DNA of 64,000 nt from Elusimicrobiaceae bacterium (GTDB taxonomy: Bacteria; Elusimicrobiota; Elusimicrobia; Elusimicrobiales; Elusimicrobiaceae). A model generated the notes under the pieces. That model searched no databases and had not been told where the DNA came from. It was given only the letters and a program-made list of their open reading frames with translations. The stretch covers positions 26,033-90,032 of the forward strand of contig JAFXOI010000031.1 in NCBI GenBank assembly GCA_017528825.1, written 5' to 3'. Of the stretch, positions 28,156 to 38,722 are shown piece by piece. How positions within the stretch are numbered: the first letter of the stretch is position 1; each line of letters begins with the position of its first letter. A program made the position numbers and the translations under genes.

Positions 28156-30450
28156 ATGGCAGAAGAACAATTAGAAAACCCGAAAAGCGAAGCAAAAATT
28201 ATCGCATTAAGCTCTCCCAAAGAAGGCGCAGGGAAAACAACCCTGACGCTCAATTTGGCGCTTGGTTGGGCCGGTATTCAAAAGAGACCGGTGTTAATTG
28301 TTCCTCTCGATCCTTTAGCCCGTCAAGAGCATAGCTTTTATTTGGATATTAAAAAGCCGGTCAGCGTGGCTGATATTTTGCGCACGCTCGGCAATGCCAA
28401 CATCGCCGTAGTGGGCGGGTTGTTACGCGGTAAAATTTCCATGTCTCAATGGGGGGTGGGGGTGTTGCCTTTGGGAAATACGCGTGCCCAAATTGCCTCT
28501 ATCAGTCCTAAAATTTTAATTCCCATTCTGTCACGCTTATCGCAAACGTTTGATATTTTCTTGGATGTGGATTCTTCTTTCCCGATGCAGGCGTTTGCTT
28601 TTGATATTGCAGATAAGATTTTTTGGGTGTCCAATGCTACACGTACGCATCTGAACTCCACCGTGCAGTTGTTTAATGATTACAAAGAACAGCGCTATCC
28701 TATGGAACGGGTAAGTGTCATTTGTAACCAGTACGACATGCCGGGATCTATCCCTTACGAAGAAGTGGAAAAGTTTTATAACTCCTTAGGCCGCGGTATT
28801 GATGTATTTTTACCTTGGGATGAGGGGATTATGACCACTTCCAATCAGAAAGGGGTGGAAATTATTTCAAATCCGCAGTCTGAGTGGATTAAGGGCTTGC
28901 GTTTAGTATTGGCTAAAATCCGTGATTTAACGCCCGCACCTAAAGATTGGCACGCTTCTGTATCAGATGAAGAATTTACGCAAGCAGCCAAAGAAATTTG
29001 GGCTCCCATTATGGCAGGCGGAGTGGGAGTTGGAGCTGGGCCGGAAAGCCATATTGCAGTGGAAGAAGAAGGAGAAGCCGGCAAAACGAAACTATCTTTC
29101 TGGGATGATTTGAAACAAAAAATCCACAAAGAAGTAGTCCGCACGCTGGAAGTGGAACGTATTGTGATTAGTGATGAAAGTTCCGCCAGTGCACAAACCC
29201 GCAAACGGGTGGCGGCTATTGTGGACGACATTTTGCAAAAGCAGCCCAATTTGCAGTTCTCCCGCGATCAACGTACTCGCTTTGCTTCTGAATTGTTAGA
29301 TGAAATTTTGGGGTTAGGGCCCTTGGAAACCTTGATGCGCGATGCCAGCGTTACCGAAATCATGGTCAACGCCTTTGACAAGATTTTTATCGAGCAAAAA
29401 GGTAAGTTGACCTTAACCAAATACAAATTTAGAAATAACGAACAAGTGGTGCAGGTAATCAAGCGTATTGTATCTCCGTTAGGACGTCGTATTGACGAAT
29501 CCGTACCACTCGTAGACGCCCGTTTGAAAGACGGTTCCCGTGTCAACGCTATTATTGCGCCGTTGGCGGTGTCCGGACCTACCTTGACGATTCGTCGTTT
29601 CTCGCAAAAACCTTTCGGACCGGAAGATTATTTCCGCTTTGGTACGATTAGTCCGGAATGTATGGAATTTTTACAGAAATGCGTAAAAATTCGTAAAAAC
29701 ATTATTGTGTGCGGTGGTACCGGTACCGGTAAAACTACATTCTTGAACGCGCTTTCCGGTTATATTGCCAATGATGAACGTATCATTACGGTAGAAGATA
29801 CGGCCGAGCTTCGTTTGCAACAGCCACACTGGGTATCGTTGGAAAGCCGTCCGCCCAACGTGGAAGGAAAAGGTGCTATTACCATTCAAGATTTAGTTAA
29901 GAACTGCTTGCGTATGCGTCCGGACCGTATTGTAGTAGGGGAGTGCCGCGGTGCAGAAGCACTGGACATGTTACAGGCCATGAACACCGGTCACGAAGGT
30001 TCTCTGACCACTATTCACGCCAATACCCCGCGTGACGGACTATCTCGTTTGGAAGCCATGTGTATGCAGGCCAGCGGAGATTTACCCATTTTTGCTATTC
30101 GCGAAATGATTTCGTCAGCCGTAAATATGATTGTACAGCTGTCTCGTTTTTCGGACGGCTCCAGAAAGGTAACCTACATCACGGAAATGCACGGACAAAA
30201 AGACGGGATGATTCAATCTACCGACTTGTTCCGCTATGTGCAGACCGGAGTAGATGAGAATGGTAAAGTGCAGGGGATGTTCGCCCCGACAGGCAATTTG
30301 CCTACTTTCTACAATGATTTTAAGGCAAAAGGGGTACCGGTGCCGGAAGATGTGTTCTTGAAAGGGGCTATTAAGTTTGACGAAGATGATAACCCCATCT
30401 TGCCGCAATCCGAACAAACCCCACCGCCACCGCCGGGAGTACACGGATAA
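28156..30450 (+). CDS. cpaF: CpaE/TadZ (ParA-like) fused to CpaF/TadA assembly ATPase
   Basis: N-terminal [10 protein letters not shown]-terminal [41 protein letters not shown]. Confidence 0.92.
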   Translation: MAEEQLENPKSEAKIIALSSPKEGAGKTTLTLNLALGWAGIQKRPVLIVPLDPLARQEHSFYLDIKKPVSVADILRTLGNANIAVVGGLLRGKISMSQWGVGVLPLGNTRAQIASISPKILIPILSRLSQTFDIFLDVDSSFPMQAFAFDIADKIFWVSNATRTHLNSTVQLFNDYKEQRYPMERVSVICNQYDMPGSIPYEEVEKFYNSLGRGIDVFLPWDEGIMTTSNQKGVEIISNPQSEWIKGLRLVLAKIRDLTPAPKDWHASVSDEEFTQAAKEIWAPIMAGGVGVGAGPESHIAVEEEGEAGKTKLSFWDDLKQKIHKEVVRTLEVERIVISDESSASAQTRKRVAAIVDDILQKQPNLQFSRDQRTRFASELLDEILGLGPLETLMRDASVTEIMVNAFDKIFIEQKGKLTLTKYKFRNNEQVVQVIKRIVSPLGRRIDESVPLVDARLKDGSRVNAIIAPLAVSGPTLTIRRFSQKPFGPEDYFRFGTISPECMEFLQKCVKIRKNIIVCGGTGTGKTTFLNALSGYIANDERIITVEDTAELRLQQPHWVSLESRPPNVEGKGAITIQDLVKNCLRMRPDRIVVGECRGAEALDMLQAMNTGHEGSLTTIHANTPRDGLSRLEAMCMQASGDLPIFAIREMISSAVNMIVQLSRFSDGSRKVTYITEMHGQKDGMIQSTDLFRYVQTGVDENGKVQGMFAPTGNLPTFYNDFKAKGVPVPEDVFLKGAIKFDEDDNPILPQSEQTPPPPPGVHG

Positions 30451-30454
30451 ACCC

Positions 30455-32080
30455 ATGAAGAAGATAGGATGGCTGATTAGTTTGTTGATACTGGTGTTGG
30501 GAGTGTTAGCTCCGCGGCCGGTGTCTGCGCGCGCTTTGGACCAAAATGACAAACGCAAAATAGAGTGTGCGATGTTTAAGATGTATGCGCTGAGTAACTA
30601 TTTTAACGTCGACATGCCAGCCGATCAAAAACAATATAAGTATCCACAATCCTGTGGAAAAAATCTAGCCGGAAAAACTATTAAGATGCCTGATTGGTTT
30701 CCTAAAGAATTGGAAGCCATGGACAAATTAAAAGTGGTCTACATCCAAGGGGAAGGAACCTTGAGTGAAGCGACTCTTTGGTACCGTACTTTTGCTAACG
30801 TATATGCTTTCTTAGACCGGGCCAACAATGCTTTGGATCCCAGTCAACCGGTAGTTCTGGAACAGCTTTCTCGCGGTTATGTAAGCAACAGAATTAAATT
30901 GGTTTCTAACTTAGACCGTTTAAATAAAGAACTGGTACGTGGTCAAGAAGTGTACAGCATGAAAGATAGTATGCAGGGACGCGGCCGGTCTATGTTGGCC
31001 ACCTTGGAATTTATGAACCGTGAGTTTTATAGCACGATTGAGTCTTTTACCAGTCCTGCTGCTCAAAAGGAGAATAAATACCGCCAATCTGTGATGGCTG
31101 TGGTTACACTGGCTAATCAACTGTGGAGCGAGTTCCGTGCGGCTCCGTTGCCGGCCAATCCGCCGGATGCCAAGATTTATCAAACTACCGATGGTGAACG
31201 CTTATTTAGCACCTTGCTAATGCTTTTGGGTGCTTTCCTCATTGGTTACGCGGTTTATCTATTGATGGAAGCCAAGAGCGATGAAATTAATCGTGGTTGG
31301 GCCCAGTACCGTGAAAAGAGTATGATTTGGGCCGAAGATTTCAACCGTCAATTTTTGACCATTGATGTAAAGTATATTGTATTTGGAACGTTGGCTGTCT
31401 TTGCGTTGATGGGGTTATTGATGGGAATATCTATGGGTGGTTTTGGCGGAGTATTGATATTTATTCTATTTGTGATAGTGGGTGCTTATGCCGGAATCCG
31501 TATGCCCAAAGTAGTGTTGGATAAACTTAAAAAGAGCCGCGGGGTCAAGATTAATGGCCAGCTGATGGATGCCTTAATTTTGCTATCCAACTCTTTGCGC
31601 TCCGGTATGGATATTGTGCAGGGGTTTGAGTTGGTGTCACACGATATGCGTCCGCAGATTGCCGATGAATTTGGCCTGGTGATTAAGAATTATCAATTAG
31701 GTACGCCGTTTGAAAAGGCCTTGGAAGGCCTGGACGAACGGGTGGAAAGCCGTATGCTTTCTTATACGATTAAAGCCATTATCATTCAACGACAGGTGGG
31801 TGGAAACTTGACGGTTATTTTCTCACGCTTGGTGGAAAATATTCGTGAAGAAAGTAAGTTGGAAGAAAAATTGGAAGCTATGACTGCCCAACAAAAAATT
31901 CAGTCCATTGTGGTCAGTATTATGCCGGTCATTATGCTAGGGGTTATGTTCTTGTTCCGCCCCGATGAGATGATTGGCTTTTACACCACTCCTGTAGGCA
32001 TTTTTGTGCTGTTCTTCTGCTTTGTGTGGATTATGATTGGTATGAAACTCATCCAAAAATTGGGCGAGGTGAGGGTATAA
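30455..32080 (+). CDS. tadB: TadB-like platform protein with N-terminal exported domain
   Basis: Signal peptide MKKIGW...VSA, about 230-aa soluble domain, then TMs and the T2SSF domain QLMDALILLSNSLRSG...QRQVGGNL. Confidence 0.85.
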   Translation: MKKIGWLISLLILVLGVLAPRPVSARALDQNDKRKIECAMFKMYALSNYFNVDMPADQKQYKYPQSCGKNLAGKTIKMPDWFPKELEAMDKLKVVYIQGEGTLSEATLWYRTFANVYAFLDRANNALDPSQPVVLEQLSRGYVSNRIKLVSNLDRLNKELVRGQEVYSMKDSMQGRGRSMLATLEFMNREFYSTIESFTSPAAQKENKYRQSVMAVVTLANQLWSEFRAAPLPANPPDAKIYQTTDGERLFSTLLMLLGAFLIGYAVYLLMEAKSDEINRGWAQYREKSMIWAEDFNRQFLTIDVKYIVFGTLAVFALMGLLMGISMGGFGGVLIFILFVIVGAYAGIRMPKVVLDKLKKSRGVKINGQLMDALILLSNSLRSGMDIVQGFELVSHDMRPQIADEFGLVIKNYQLGTPFEKALEGLDERVESRMLSYTIKAIIIQRQVGGNLTVIFSRLVENIREESKLEEKLEAMTAQQKIQSIVVSIMPVIMLGVMFLFRPDEMIGFYTTPVGIFVLFFCFVWIMIGMKLIQKLGEVRV

Positions 32081-32082
32081 GT

Positions 32083-32967
32083 ATGGACATGTTATCACTA
32101 ATTCTCAATCTCATTTTACTGTTTGGAGCCGTGTCTTTATTTTTTGCGGTGCTGGCCATTTTCGCCCCAAAAGAGGAAGGCGGTCAGATTGTAGACGTCG
32201 CTGCCCAACGTTTTAAGTCTTCTTCCAGTTTTGCCAGTTTGCAACCCGAAACTAAGTTTTGGGACCGGGTTGCTGTATTCTGCTTAAATACCTTCCATCT
32301 GGAAAAACCGTTGGAAGAAATTCATATGCAGTTAGGTAGCCCGGACTATCCGCAACCGGTGAATATTCTGTATTGGAAAGTAGCCTGTGCGATTGGGGTG
32401 CCGCTGGCCATCATGATTATGTTCCAAACCGTTTTTGGAATACTTTTTGTACCGGTAGGTTTTTATTTGCCGGATATGATGTTGAAAAGTAAGATCCAAA
32501 AACGACAAGCCGAAATTTTGGGGAACTTTTCTACTACCGTAGATTTGGCCGCTCTGATTATTGAATCTGGTTTGGATTACTTAACCGCTTTTGAACGTAT
32601 TATCAGTATTGCAAAGGTGAAGACGGTATTGGAAGAAGAACTGGAAAAAACCCTCAATGAAATTAAGTTGGGTTATTCCCGCCGTGAAGCGTTGGAACGC
32701 TTTGCAAACCGTACCGGCGTACAGGAAGTGCGCTCTTTGGTCGGCTTGATTATTCAATCCGATGAGTTGGGTACCAGTTTGGTGGATTTGTTGCGTAACT
32801 TCTCCTCCGATTTGCGAAGTCGTCGTATGAGCCGTGCCGAAAAACTGGCCGCACAGGCTTCTACAAAAATGTTGTTTCCGTTATTTGTATTTATTTTCCC
32901 GACAATCTTTATTCTGATTTTGTCGCCGATGATTAAAGGTCTGTTGTCGCAAGGATTAAGTTTTTAA
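32083..32967 (+). CDS. tadC: TadC platform protein
   Basis: DLAALIIESGLD, LIIQSDELGTSL, AEKLAAQASTKMLFPLFVFIFP. Confidence 0.9.
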   Translation: MDMLSLILNLILLFGAVSLFFAVLAIFAPKEEGGQIVDVAAQRFKSSSSFASLQPETKFWDRVAVFCLNTFHLEKPLEEIHMQLGSPDYPQPVNILYWKVACAIGVPLAIMIMFQTVFGILFVPVGFYLPDMMLKSKIQKRQAEILGNFSTTVDLAALIIESGLDYLTAFERIISIAKVKTVLEEELEKTLNEIKLGYSRREALERFANRTGVQEVRSLVGLIIQSDELGTSLVDLLRNFSSDLRSRRMSRAEKLAAQASTKMLFPLFVFIFPTIFILILSPMIKGLLSQGLSF

Positions 32968-32977
32968 GAGGATATTT

Positions 32978-34363
32978 ATGAAAAAATCTTTATTATTTTT
33001 ATGTATCTTGTCTGTTTCTCTTACCTCAGCGGCGGCTCCGTTCCGCCAGCCCAATCCCATTCGTCAACACGGAAAAGAAGAGGGGATGATGTTGGACTTG
33101 AATAAAATTACGCTGGGTACGCTCAATGATGTGGAAGAAAAGAAACAATATCTTTCCACCGTACAACTGGAGAAACAGCGTATCCAAAACTACATGTTGC
33201 ATCAGGTGTATGAAGATGCTTATACCCTGTACCGCCGCGGGGATTATCAACGGGCACAGGAAATGGCGCAAACCATTTTGAGTATTGACCCCAATTATAC
33301 GCAGGCCTCTACGCTAGCCAAACAAGCCGGTAATATGGGGGCCTATGGTACGACTTCGGAAGCCGAAGTTATCGATGCTAAATTTCAGGAAGCCAACCGG
33401 ATGTATGATTCCGGGCGCTTGGTAGAAGCTAATGAAAAATTAGATGAGATTTTAACCCTGCAACCGCACAATTCAAAAGCATTATCTTGGAAACATCGTA
33501 TCGATCGTGATATTGCCCAAGAATATGCCCGTCGCGGTAATGTGGCCTACGACAAAAAAGATTACAAAGAAGCGTTGGATAATTGGTATAACGCTTTGCT
33601 CATTCGTAAAGATGATCCGAATTTAGTCAATAAAATTGCCCAAACGGAAAATCAATTGCGCCAACAACAAGTAAAAGATGCCATGGAAAAAGCAATGGAT
33701 TACTACAACAAAGGGCAATACTTGGAATCTTACTCTACTTTTGAACGGATTACTAAAATCCAACCCGGAGATCAACGGGTACAGAAATACATGAGCCAGT
33801 TAAAAGACGAGATTGCCACCAGTTATTACGATGCTGGAAATAAGTCTTATGGAATGCAAAAATATGACAGCGCAGTCACCTACTATACCAATGCTAAAAA
33901 GTGGGGGGCTGATGCTAATCAAATGGACCAGTTGATCAAACGCGCTCGCAATGCCAAAGAGAATGCCTTGCGCCGCAAACAAGAAGCCGCCGCTAAAGCT
34001 GCGGAAGACGCGAAAAAGAAGATAGAGGAAGAGGCTAAAGGACCGGAGGAGGAAGAACCGATTGAAACCGTGCCGGTGGAAGGTAATACCGGCGGTTTAA
34101 CACCGCTTACTCCGGGAACAGCTCCTTCTTTGGGTCCGGATAGTAATACAACCACAGACGGCATTGGCGGAGCGACTGGCCGCGTGTCGGAAGAAGCCAG
34201 AGAAGCCTCTAAACAGAAATATCTGGAAGGGTTGGATGCATTTAACCAAGACGACTACGAACGGGCACGCCAAGCCTGGATTGTGGCCAAAAGGTTGGAC
34301 CCAGGCAATACAGATGCTGATTCCGGTTTGCGTAAAGTGGAAGAATTAATCGGCATTCGCTAA
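32978..34363 (+). CDS. Exported multi-TPR protein (TadD/CpaO-like position)
   Basis: Signal peptide, many TPR units (AYTLYRRGDYQRA, ILSIDPNY), Pro/Gly/Thr linker, final TPR. Confidence 0.75.
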   Translation: MKKSLLFLCILSVSLTSAAAPFRQPNPIRQHGKEEGMMLDLNKITLGTLNDVEEKKQYLSTVQLEKQRIQNYMLHQVYEDAYTLYRRGDYQRAQEMAQTILSIDPNYTQASTLAKQAGNMGAYGTTSEAEVIDAKFQEANRMYDSGRLVEANEKLDEILTLQPHNSKALSWKHRIDRDIAQEYARRGNVAYDKKDYKEALDNWYNALLIRKDDPNLVNKIAQTENQLRQQQVKDAMEKAMDYYNKGQYLESYSTFERITKIQPGDQRVQKYMSQLKDEIATSYYDAGNKSYGMQKYDSAVTYYTNAKKWGADANQMDQLIKRARNAKENALRRKQEAAAKAAEDAKKKIEEEAKGPEEEEPIETVPVEGNTGGLTPLTPGTAPSLGPDSNTTTDGIGGATGRVSEEAREASKQKYLEGLDAFNQDDYERARQAWIVAKRLDPGNTDADSGLRKVEELIGIR

Positions 34364-34375
34364 GCAGGAGAGAAT

Positions 34376-35488
34376 ATGAAACTGACATCTAAGTGGACCT
34401 TGTGGTTTGTATTGGTATCGTTGTATGCTGCCATTATCGGCGGTCTGTTTTATTATAACTTGTTCAAATTTGTGTTTGACAAAAAACTGCAAAATGAAAT
34501 GGTGGAAATGGTACGTTTCCGCGCGCCCCTTTTGGTGCAAAGTTTGGCGGCTCGTCCTCGTAGTGAAGCCACGTTCCGTGAAGCAGAGCTGATGAAAGAA
34601 TGGAAACGCAACGATGACCGCATTAAAACGTTGGTGTATTTGAATGACGATGGATCCATTCGCTGGCATGAAAATACGCAATTTGTCAAAATGTCTTATT
34701 CAGACTATAACAATGAAGTGGTATTTGACACCCCTGTTGTCCCGCAGGCTATTCGGGAACGGACCCCTAAGGCGATTATGTTTGACGAGGGGGATTATTA
34801 TGATATGGCTATTCCGCTAATGGCCAAAGATGCGGTGGCAGGCGTCGTTAACCTTACTGTTTCCCGGGCCAGTGCCAAAGCACTAATCCGCCAATCTATG
34901 GTGCGTTATGCGGTGGGAGCATTTATCATGATCCTGCTTATCGGCGGTGTGTTGTACCTGTTCTTGTTGCTCAAAATTATCCGTCCTTTGGAGGCTTTGA
35001 AAGACGGAGTGGATGCTGTCTCTTTGAACCGGCTGGACCTAATTTATCCGGAACGTTCGGATGAAATTGGCAGTGTGGCGGCAGCTATTACATCGTTACT
35101 GGCCAGAATTAAAGAAGAAATGAAAGGCTTAGAGAATGTTGAAATCATGTCTCTGGAAAAGGAGCAAAAATGGTGGAAAACTATTTTGGCAGTTACGGTG
35201 CCGCGCGGATCGAGAGCTTTAGTCGTCGACGAAAACAATAACATTTTATATACCAATTTCGAAATGAATCTAAAGAAAACGGGTACCATCCATTTGTTAG
35301 ATGTTTTTGACGGGCGTCAACAGAGTATTATTCAAGTGGTAGGAGAAGCCATGGAACATCCGGGCAAAGTATTGCGCGGCAAGGTGGAGAACCAAAATGT
35401 TCCGTGTATTGTTAAAGCGGTTCAACTACCCGATGATGCCGGCAAAAACCGGATTGTACTTGTGCTGGAACCGGAAAAAACTTTATAA
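34376..35488 (+). CDS. Membrane sensor-like protein (TM-periplasmic-TM-HAMP-PAS-like), no kinase domain
   Basis: Two TMs, HAMP (RPLEALKDG...RSDEIGSVA), C-terminal ALVVDENNNILYTN. No H-box. Confidence 0.7.
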   Translation: MKLTSKWTLWFVLVSLYAAIIGGLFYYNLFKFVFDKKLQNEMVEMVRFRAPLLVQSLAARPRSEATFREAELMKEWKRNDDRIKTLVYLNDDGSIRWHENTQFVKMSYSDYNNEVVFDTPVVPQAIRERTPKAIMFDEGDYYDMAIPLMAKDAVAGVVNLTVSRASAKALIRQSMVRYAVGAFIMILLIGGVLYLFLLLKIIRPLEALKDGVDAVSLNRLDLIYPERSDEIGSVAAAITSLLARIKEEMKGLENVEIMSLEKEQKWWKTILAVTVPRGSRALVVDENNNILYTNFEMNLKKTGTIHLLDVFDGRQQSIIQVVGEAMEHPGKVLRGKVENQNVPCIVKAVQLPDDAGKNRIVLVLEPEKTL

Positions 35489-35523
35489 TAAAAAAAGGGG
35501 CTTATCCCTTGGGAGAATATACA

Positions 35524-35796
35524 ATGAAAGTAGCAATTAAAAAGATAGGTGTATTAGATGTGATCTTTTCCGTATTTCCCGTGGCTGTGTTTATAGTCAT
35601 GTTGATTAACGGTATTATGGGACTGTTCAGCCCGGATATGTCCTTTAATCTGGCTTTCTTGGTGAACATGATTATGCAAGCCATTTTGAATACGTTGTTG
35701 TTCTTGGTATTCACGGTAGTATTTTTGTGGGTATACAATTTACTCAGTGGAATCGGCATTCGTGCAGTATCCATTGAATTAGAAGATAAGGAATAA
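35524..35796 (+). CDS. Small two-TM membrane protein of unknown function
   Basis: Two hydrophobic helices in a 90-aa ORF, in operon context. Confidence 0.65.
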   Translation: MKVAIKKIGVLDVIFSVFPVAVFIVMLINGIMGLFSPDMSFNLAFLVNMIMQAILNTLLFLVFTVVFLWVYNLLSGIGIRAVSIELEDKE

Positions 35797-35807
35797 GAGG
35801 AGATTGA

Positions 35808-36764
35808 ATGAAAAGACTTATTATTTTTGTAGTAGCCTGTGTGTTGGCTTCTTCCGTCTATGCAGCCGACAAAGCGGCTAAAAGCAGTAAAAATGCTAAA
35901 GCCACTTCTAAACAACCGATTGAATTTACCGTCATCGAAGCAGAAGAGTATGCTTCCGGTAAACAAGATCCCCGTGTCACCAACGGATTGGCCACCTTTT
36001 TAGAAGGGGTGCCGCAAGTGACGGCGATGTCTGTAGTAACTGCTAAACAAGACCCGGCATTGGCTAACTTGGATTATAGTTTCTTGCCGCTTTATTTAGT
36101 AAAGAAAACACCGAAATTGCAAAAGAAATTAGAGCAGCAAATTGCGGCCGGTTACGTACAACAAAATGATACGTATCTGATTTTCCCGCGCTTAACTCGC
36201 ACCGGTGTTTATACAGATAAAACAGCGAACCCGGGCGTATTGGAAATTTTTGTAATGTCTCAGTGCCCGTATGGAGCTATGGCGGAAAATATGGTTATCC
36301 AAGCCAAAAAAGAAGGCAAATTCCCGTTGGATAAAACGGTCAAATTGCGTTACATTGTTAACTACAACGAGCAGACCGGAGAATTCCAAAGCTTGCATGG
36401 CACGGCCGAATGGGAAGAAGACGTTCGCCAATTGTTGATTGCCAAATACTATCCCGCCAAACTATGGAAATATTTGGAAATTCGTAACAAAGATTATCGT
36501 TCCAGCCGTTGGGATAAAGCCATGGAAGAAGCCGGTATCAGCGTGAGCAAAATTACCAAGAAATTTGATAAAGAAGGCATAGAATTGCTCAAAGCCGAGG
36601 CGGCCTATGGCAAAGAATATAATATCAATGCATCTCCGACATTCTTGTGGGAAGGCAAAGAAATATTGGACTTTGGCAGCGTAGCACAAAAACCCGGATT
36701 TGAGTTTCTAAATCCGGCGCGTACGCAGCCCAATGCACCCGCCGCACCCACCGGTAGTTGCTAA
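35808..36764 (+). CDS. Exported thioredoxin/DsbA-fold protein with CPYG motif
   Basis: Signal peptide, LEIFVMSQCPYG, cis-Pro loop NASPTF, C-terminal ...PTGSC. Confidence 0.7.
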   Translation: MKRLIIFVVACVLASSVYAADKAAKSSKNAKATSKQPIEFTVIEAEEYASGKQDPRVTNGLATFLEGVPQVTAMSVVTAKQDPALANLDYSFLPLYLVKKTPKLQKKLEQQIAAGYVQQNDTYLIFPRLTRTGVYTDKTANPGVLEIFVMSQCPYGAMAENMVIQAKKEGKFPLDKTVKLRYIVNYNEQTGEFQSLHGTAEWEEDVRQLLIAKYYPAKLWKYLEIRNKDYRSSRWDKAMEEAGISVSKITKKFDKEGIELLKAEAAYGKEYNINASPTFLWEGKEILDFGSVAQKPGFEFLNPARTQPNAPAAPTGSC

Positions 36765-36784
36765 GTTGTTTTTCAACCAAATAG

Positions 36785-36820
36785 ATTGGGGGCTTAAGAG
36801 CAATCTGAGCCCCCAATTTT
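36785..36820 (+). terminator. Rho-independent terminator-like hairpin
   Basis: ATTGGGGGCT...AGA-GCAA-TCT...AGCCCCCAAT then TTT. Confidence 0.6.
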
Positions 36821-36832
36821 AAAGGTGTTGTT

Positions 36833-38722
36833 ATGGTGAAGGGAAAGCAAACAGGCAGTTTATTTCGTAAAGCGGTAATTGCACTTAGTTTTGTGACAAT
36901 CGTGCCTATTTTGCTGATTGGATGGTATGTGTTGCGCATTAACAATAAGTTGTTGCAAAGTGAAATTTTAGATAAGCAACGCACCATGGCCCACCGGATT
37001 TCCTTTTTAATTTCCGAGTCCGTCAGCCGGCAATCTCAATTTATTTCTATCTTTAGCGATTTACATTCCGTACTGTCAGACCATTTAACTTCCATTGACC
37101 AAGAGGATTTGGAGTATTTACGCAAGCGCAACCCGGACATTGTGCATTTACTGATTTTAGACCGTCGCGGAAATCAATTATTTCACTCGGGAACCTCGGG
37201 ACATTTCTTAAATTACAAGGCAGAACTTGCCCCTATTTTGAAGACGTGTATTCAAGAAGGGCAGGAATATGTGGGTTCTATCCAGCGTCATAACGGGCAT
37301 ATGTATGTGCTCATGGCATATCCGTTACAAGCCGCTAATTCCTCCCGCAACGGTCAGGTATTGGTGGCAGAGATTGATTTGGAAGGATTGGGAAAGGCAC
37401 TGGAAAAAATATATTCCGATAATATGCAAGTGGCTGTTTTAACAGATGAAGGGGAATTGATTTCTTATTCCGGCGTATCAGGAGGACTGGTATCAGATGA
37501 AGAATTGCCGCTTCTTTCTCAACTACAGGCGATGAAACAGGCCTTAGAGGAGAAAAGCGACGGTCGTGTACATCTTCAAACAGGGGGAAATTGGTTAGCC
37601 AGTCAGACACCGGTGTCTGGACTAAATTGGACGGTTTTAGTCTATCAACCCGATCATACCGTTTGGACATTGCTACTGGAAAGCACCGTTCATTCCGTGT
37701 GGAATCTGGTGGTCATTTTGTTGGCGGTGGCGGTGTTTGTAGTAGGCGTAACCTATGTGGTGTTAAGACCCATCGTTCAGCCGGTACAACGCTTGCAGGA
37801 AGCAGCTGTTAAACTGGAACAAGAAGAAGATTATATTCCCACAGAAGCAGATTTAATTATTCCGAATAATGAAATTGGAGAGTTGGCTCGTGTATTTTTA
37901 CAAATGACGGTCGTATTGCAAGTGCGCAAAAATGCTTTGCTTTCTGCCCAAAAAGAATTGTCCGCCATGAATAAAGCTTTGGAACAGCGGGTAGAACAAC
38001 GTACCGTAGAATTGCACAAAGCCACCAGCGAATTAGTGAAGGCGGAACGGTTGGCAGCCATTGGTCAGATGGCTTCCATTATCAGCCACGAGATTCGCAA
38101 TCCGTTGGCGGTAATCAGCAATGCCACCCGCTTAATCAAAATTATTCAACCGCCCACGGATCCAAAACTGATCAAACAGTTTTCTATTATTGAAGCGGAA
38201 ATTCGCCAAGCTAATAGTATTATCAATGAGGTCTTGGGGTTTGCCCGCAGCCGTGATATGATTTTGAGTACGGTTGATTTGAATAGCTATCTGCATGACT
38301 TGCTGGTTTCTTTCCCCTGGCCGGCTCATGTGCGTTTACAAGAAGAGCTTGACCCGGAAAGCGTACGATTAAAAGTGGACAGTGAAGAAATAAAACAAGC
38401 CTTGCGCAATATCTTGGCCAATGCGTGTGAAGCTATGCAAGAAGGCGGCCGTTTAACGGTGGGGACCCAAGTAGGAAAACAGGTTGTTTGTATTTATATA
38501 GGCGATGAAGGACCGGGCGTTCCGGAAGAGTTGAAGGAGAAGATATTTTCTCCGTTCTTTACCACTAAGGCCCGCGGTACAGGGTTGGGGTTAGCCGTAG
38601 TGCGCAAAGCAGTCACGCGGCATAAAGGTAAATTATTTGTGCATAATTTACCCGACAAAGGAGCCATTTTTGAAATTTATTTACGAATTTATAAGAAGCA
38701 GGGAGATACTCGCTATGGATAA
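36833..38722 (+). CDS. Membrane sensor histidine kinase (Cache-like, HAMP, HisKA, HATPase)
   Basis: Two TMs, HAMP, SHEIRNPL, NILANACEAM, DEGPG, FFTTKARGTGLGL. Confidence 0.93.
   Translation: MVKGKQTGSLFRKAVIALSFVTIVPILLIGWYVLRINNKLLQSEILDKQRTMAHRISFLISESVSRQSQFISIFSDLHSVLSDHLTSIDQEDLEYLRKRNPDIVHLLILDRRGNQLFHSGTSGHFLNYKAELAPILKTCIQEGQEYVGSIQRHNGHMYVLMAYPLQAANSSRNGQVLVAEIDLEGLGKALEKIYSDNMQVAVLTDEGELISYSGVSGGLVSDEELPLLSQLQAMKQALEEKSDGRVHLQTGGNWLASQTPVSGLNWTVLVYQPDHTVWTLLLESTVHSVWNLVVILLAVAVFVVGVTYVVLRPIVQPVQRLQEAAVKLEQEEDYIPTEADLIIPNNEIGELARVFLQMTVVLQVRKNALLSAQKELSAMNKALEQRVEQRTVELHKATSELVKAERLAAIGQMASIISHEIRNPLAVISNATRLIKIIQPPTDPKLIKQFSIIEAEIRQANSIINEVLGFARSRDMILSTVDLNSYLHDLLVSFPWPAHVRLQEELDPESVRLKVDSEEIKQALRNILANACEAMQEGGRLTVGTQVGKQVVCIYIGDEGPGVPEELKEKIFSPFFTTKARGTGLGLAVVRKAVTRHKGKLFVHNLPDKGAIFEIYLRIYKKQGDTRYG

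Noticed and set aside
30377-30454. N-terminal extension of TadB in the ORF track
   Set aside because: It overlaps the cpaF end. ATG 30455 yields a clean signal peptide.
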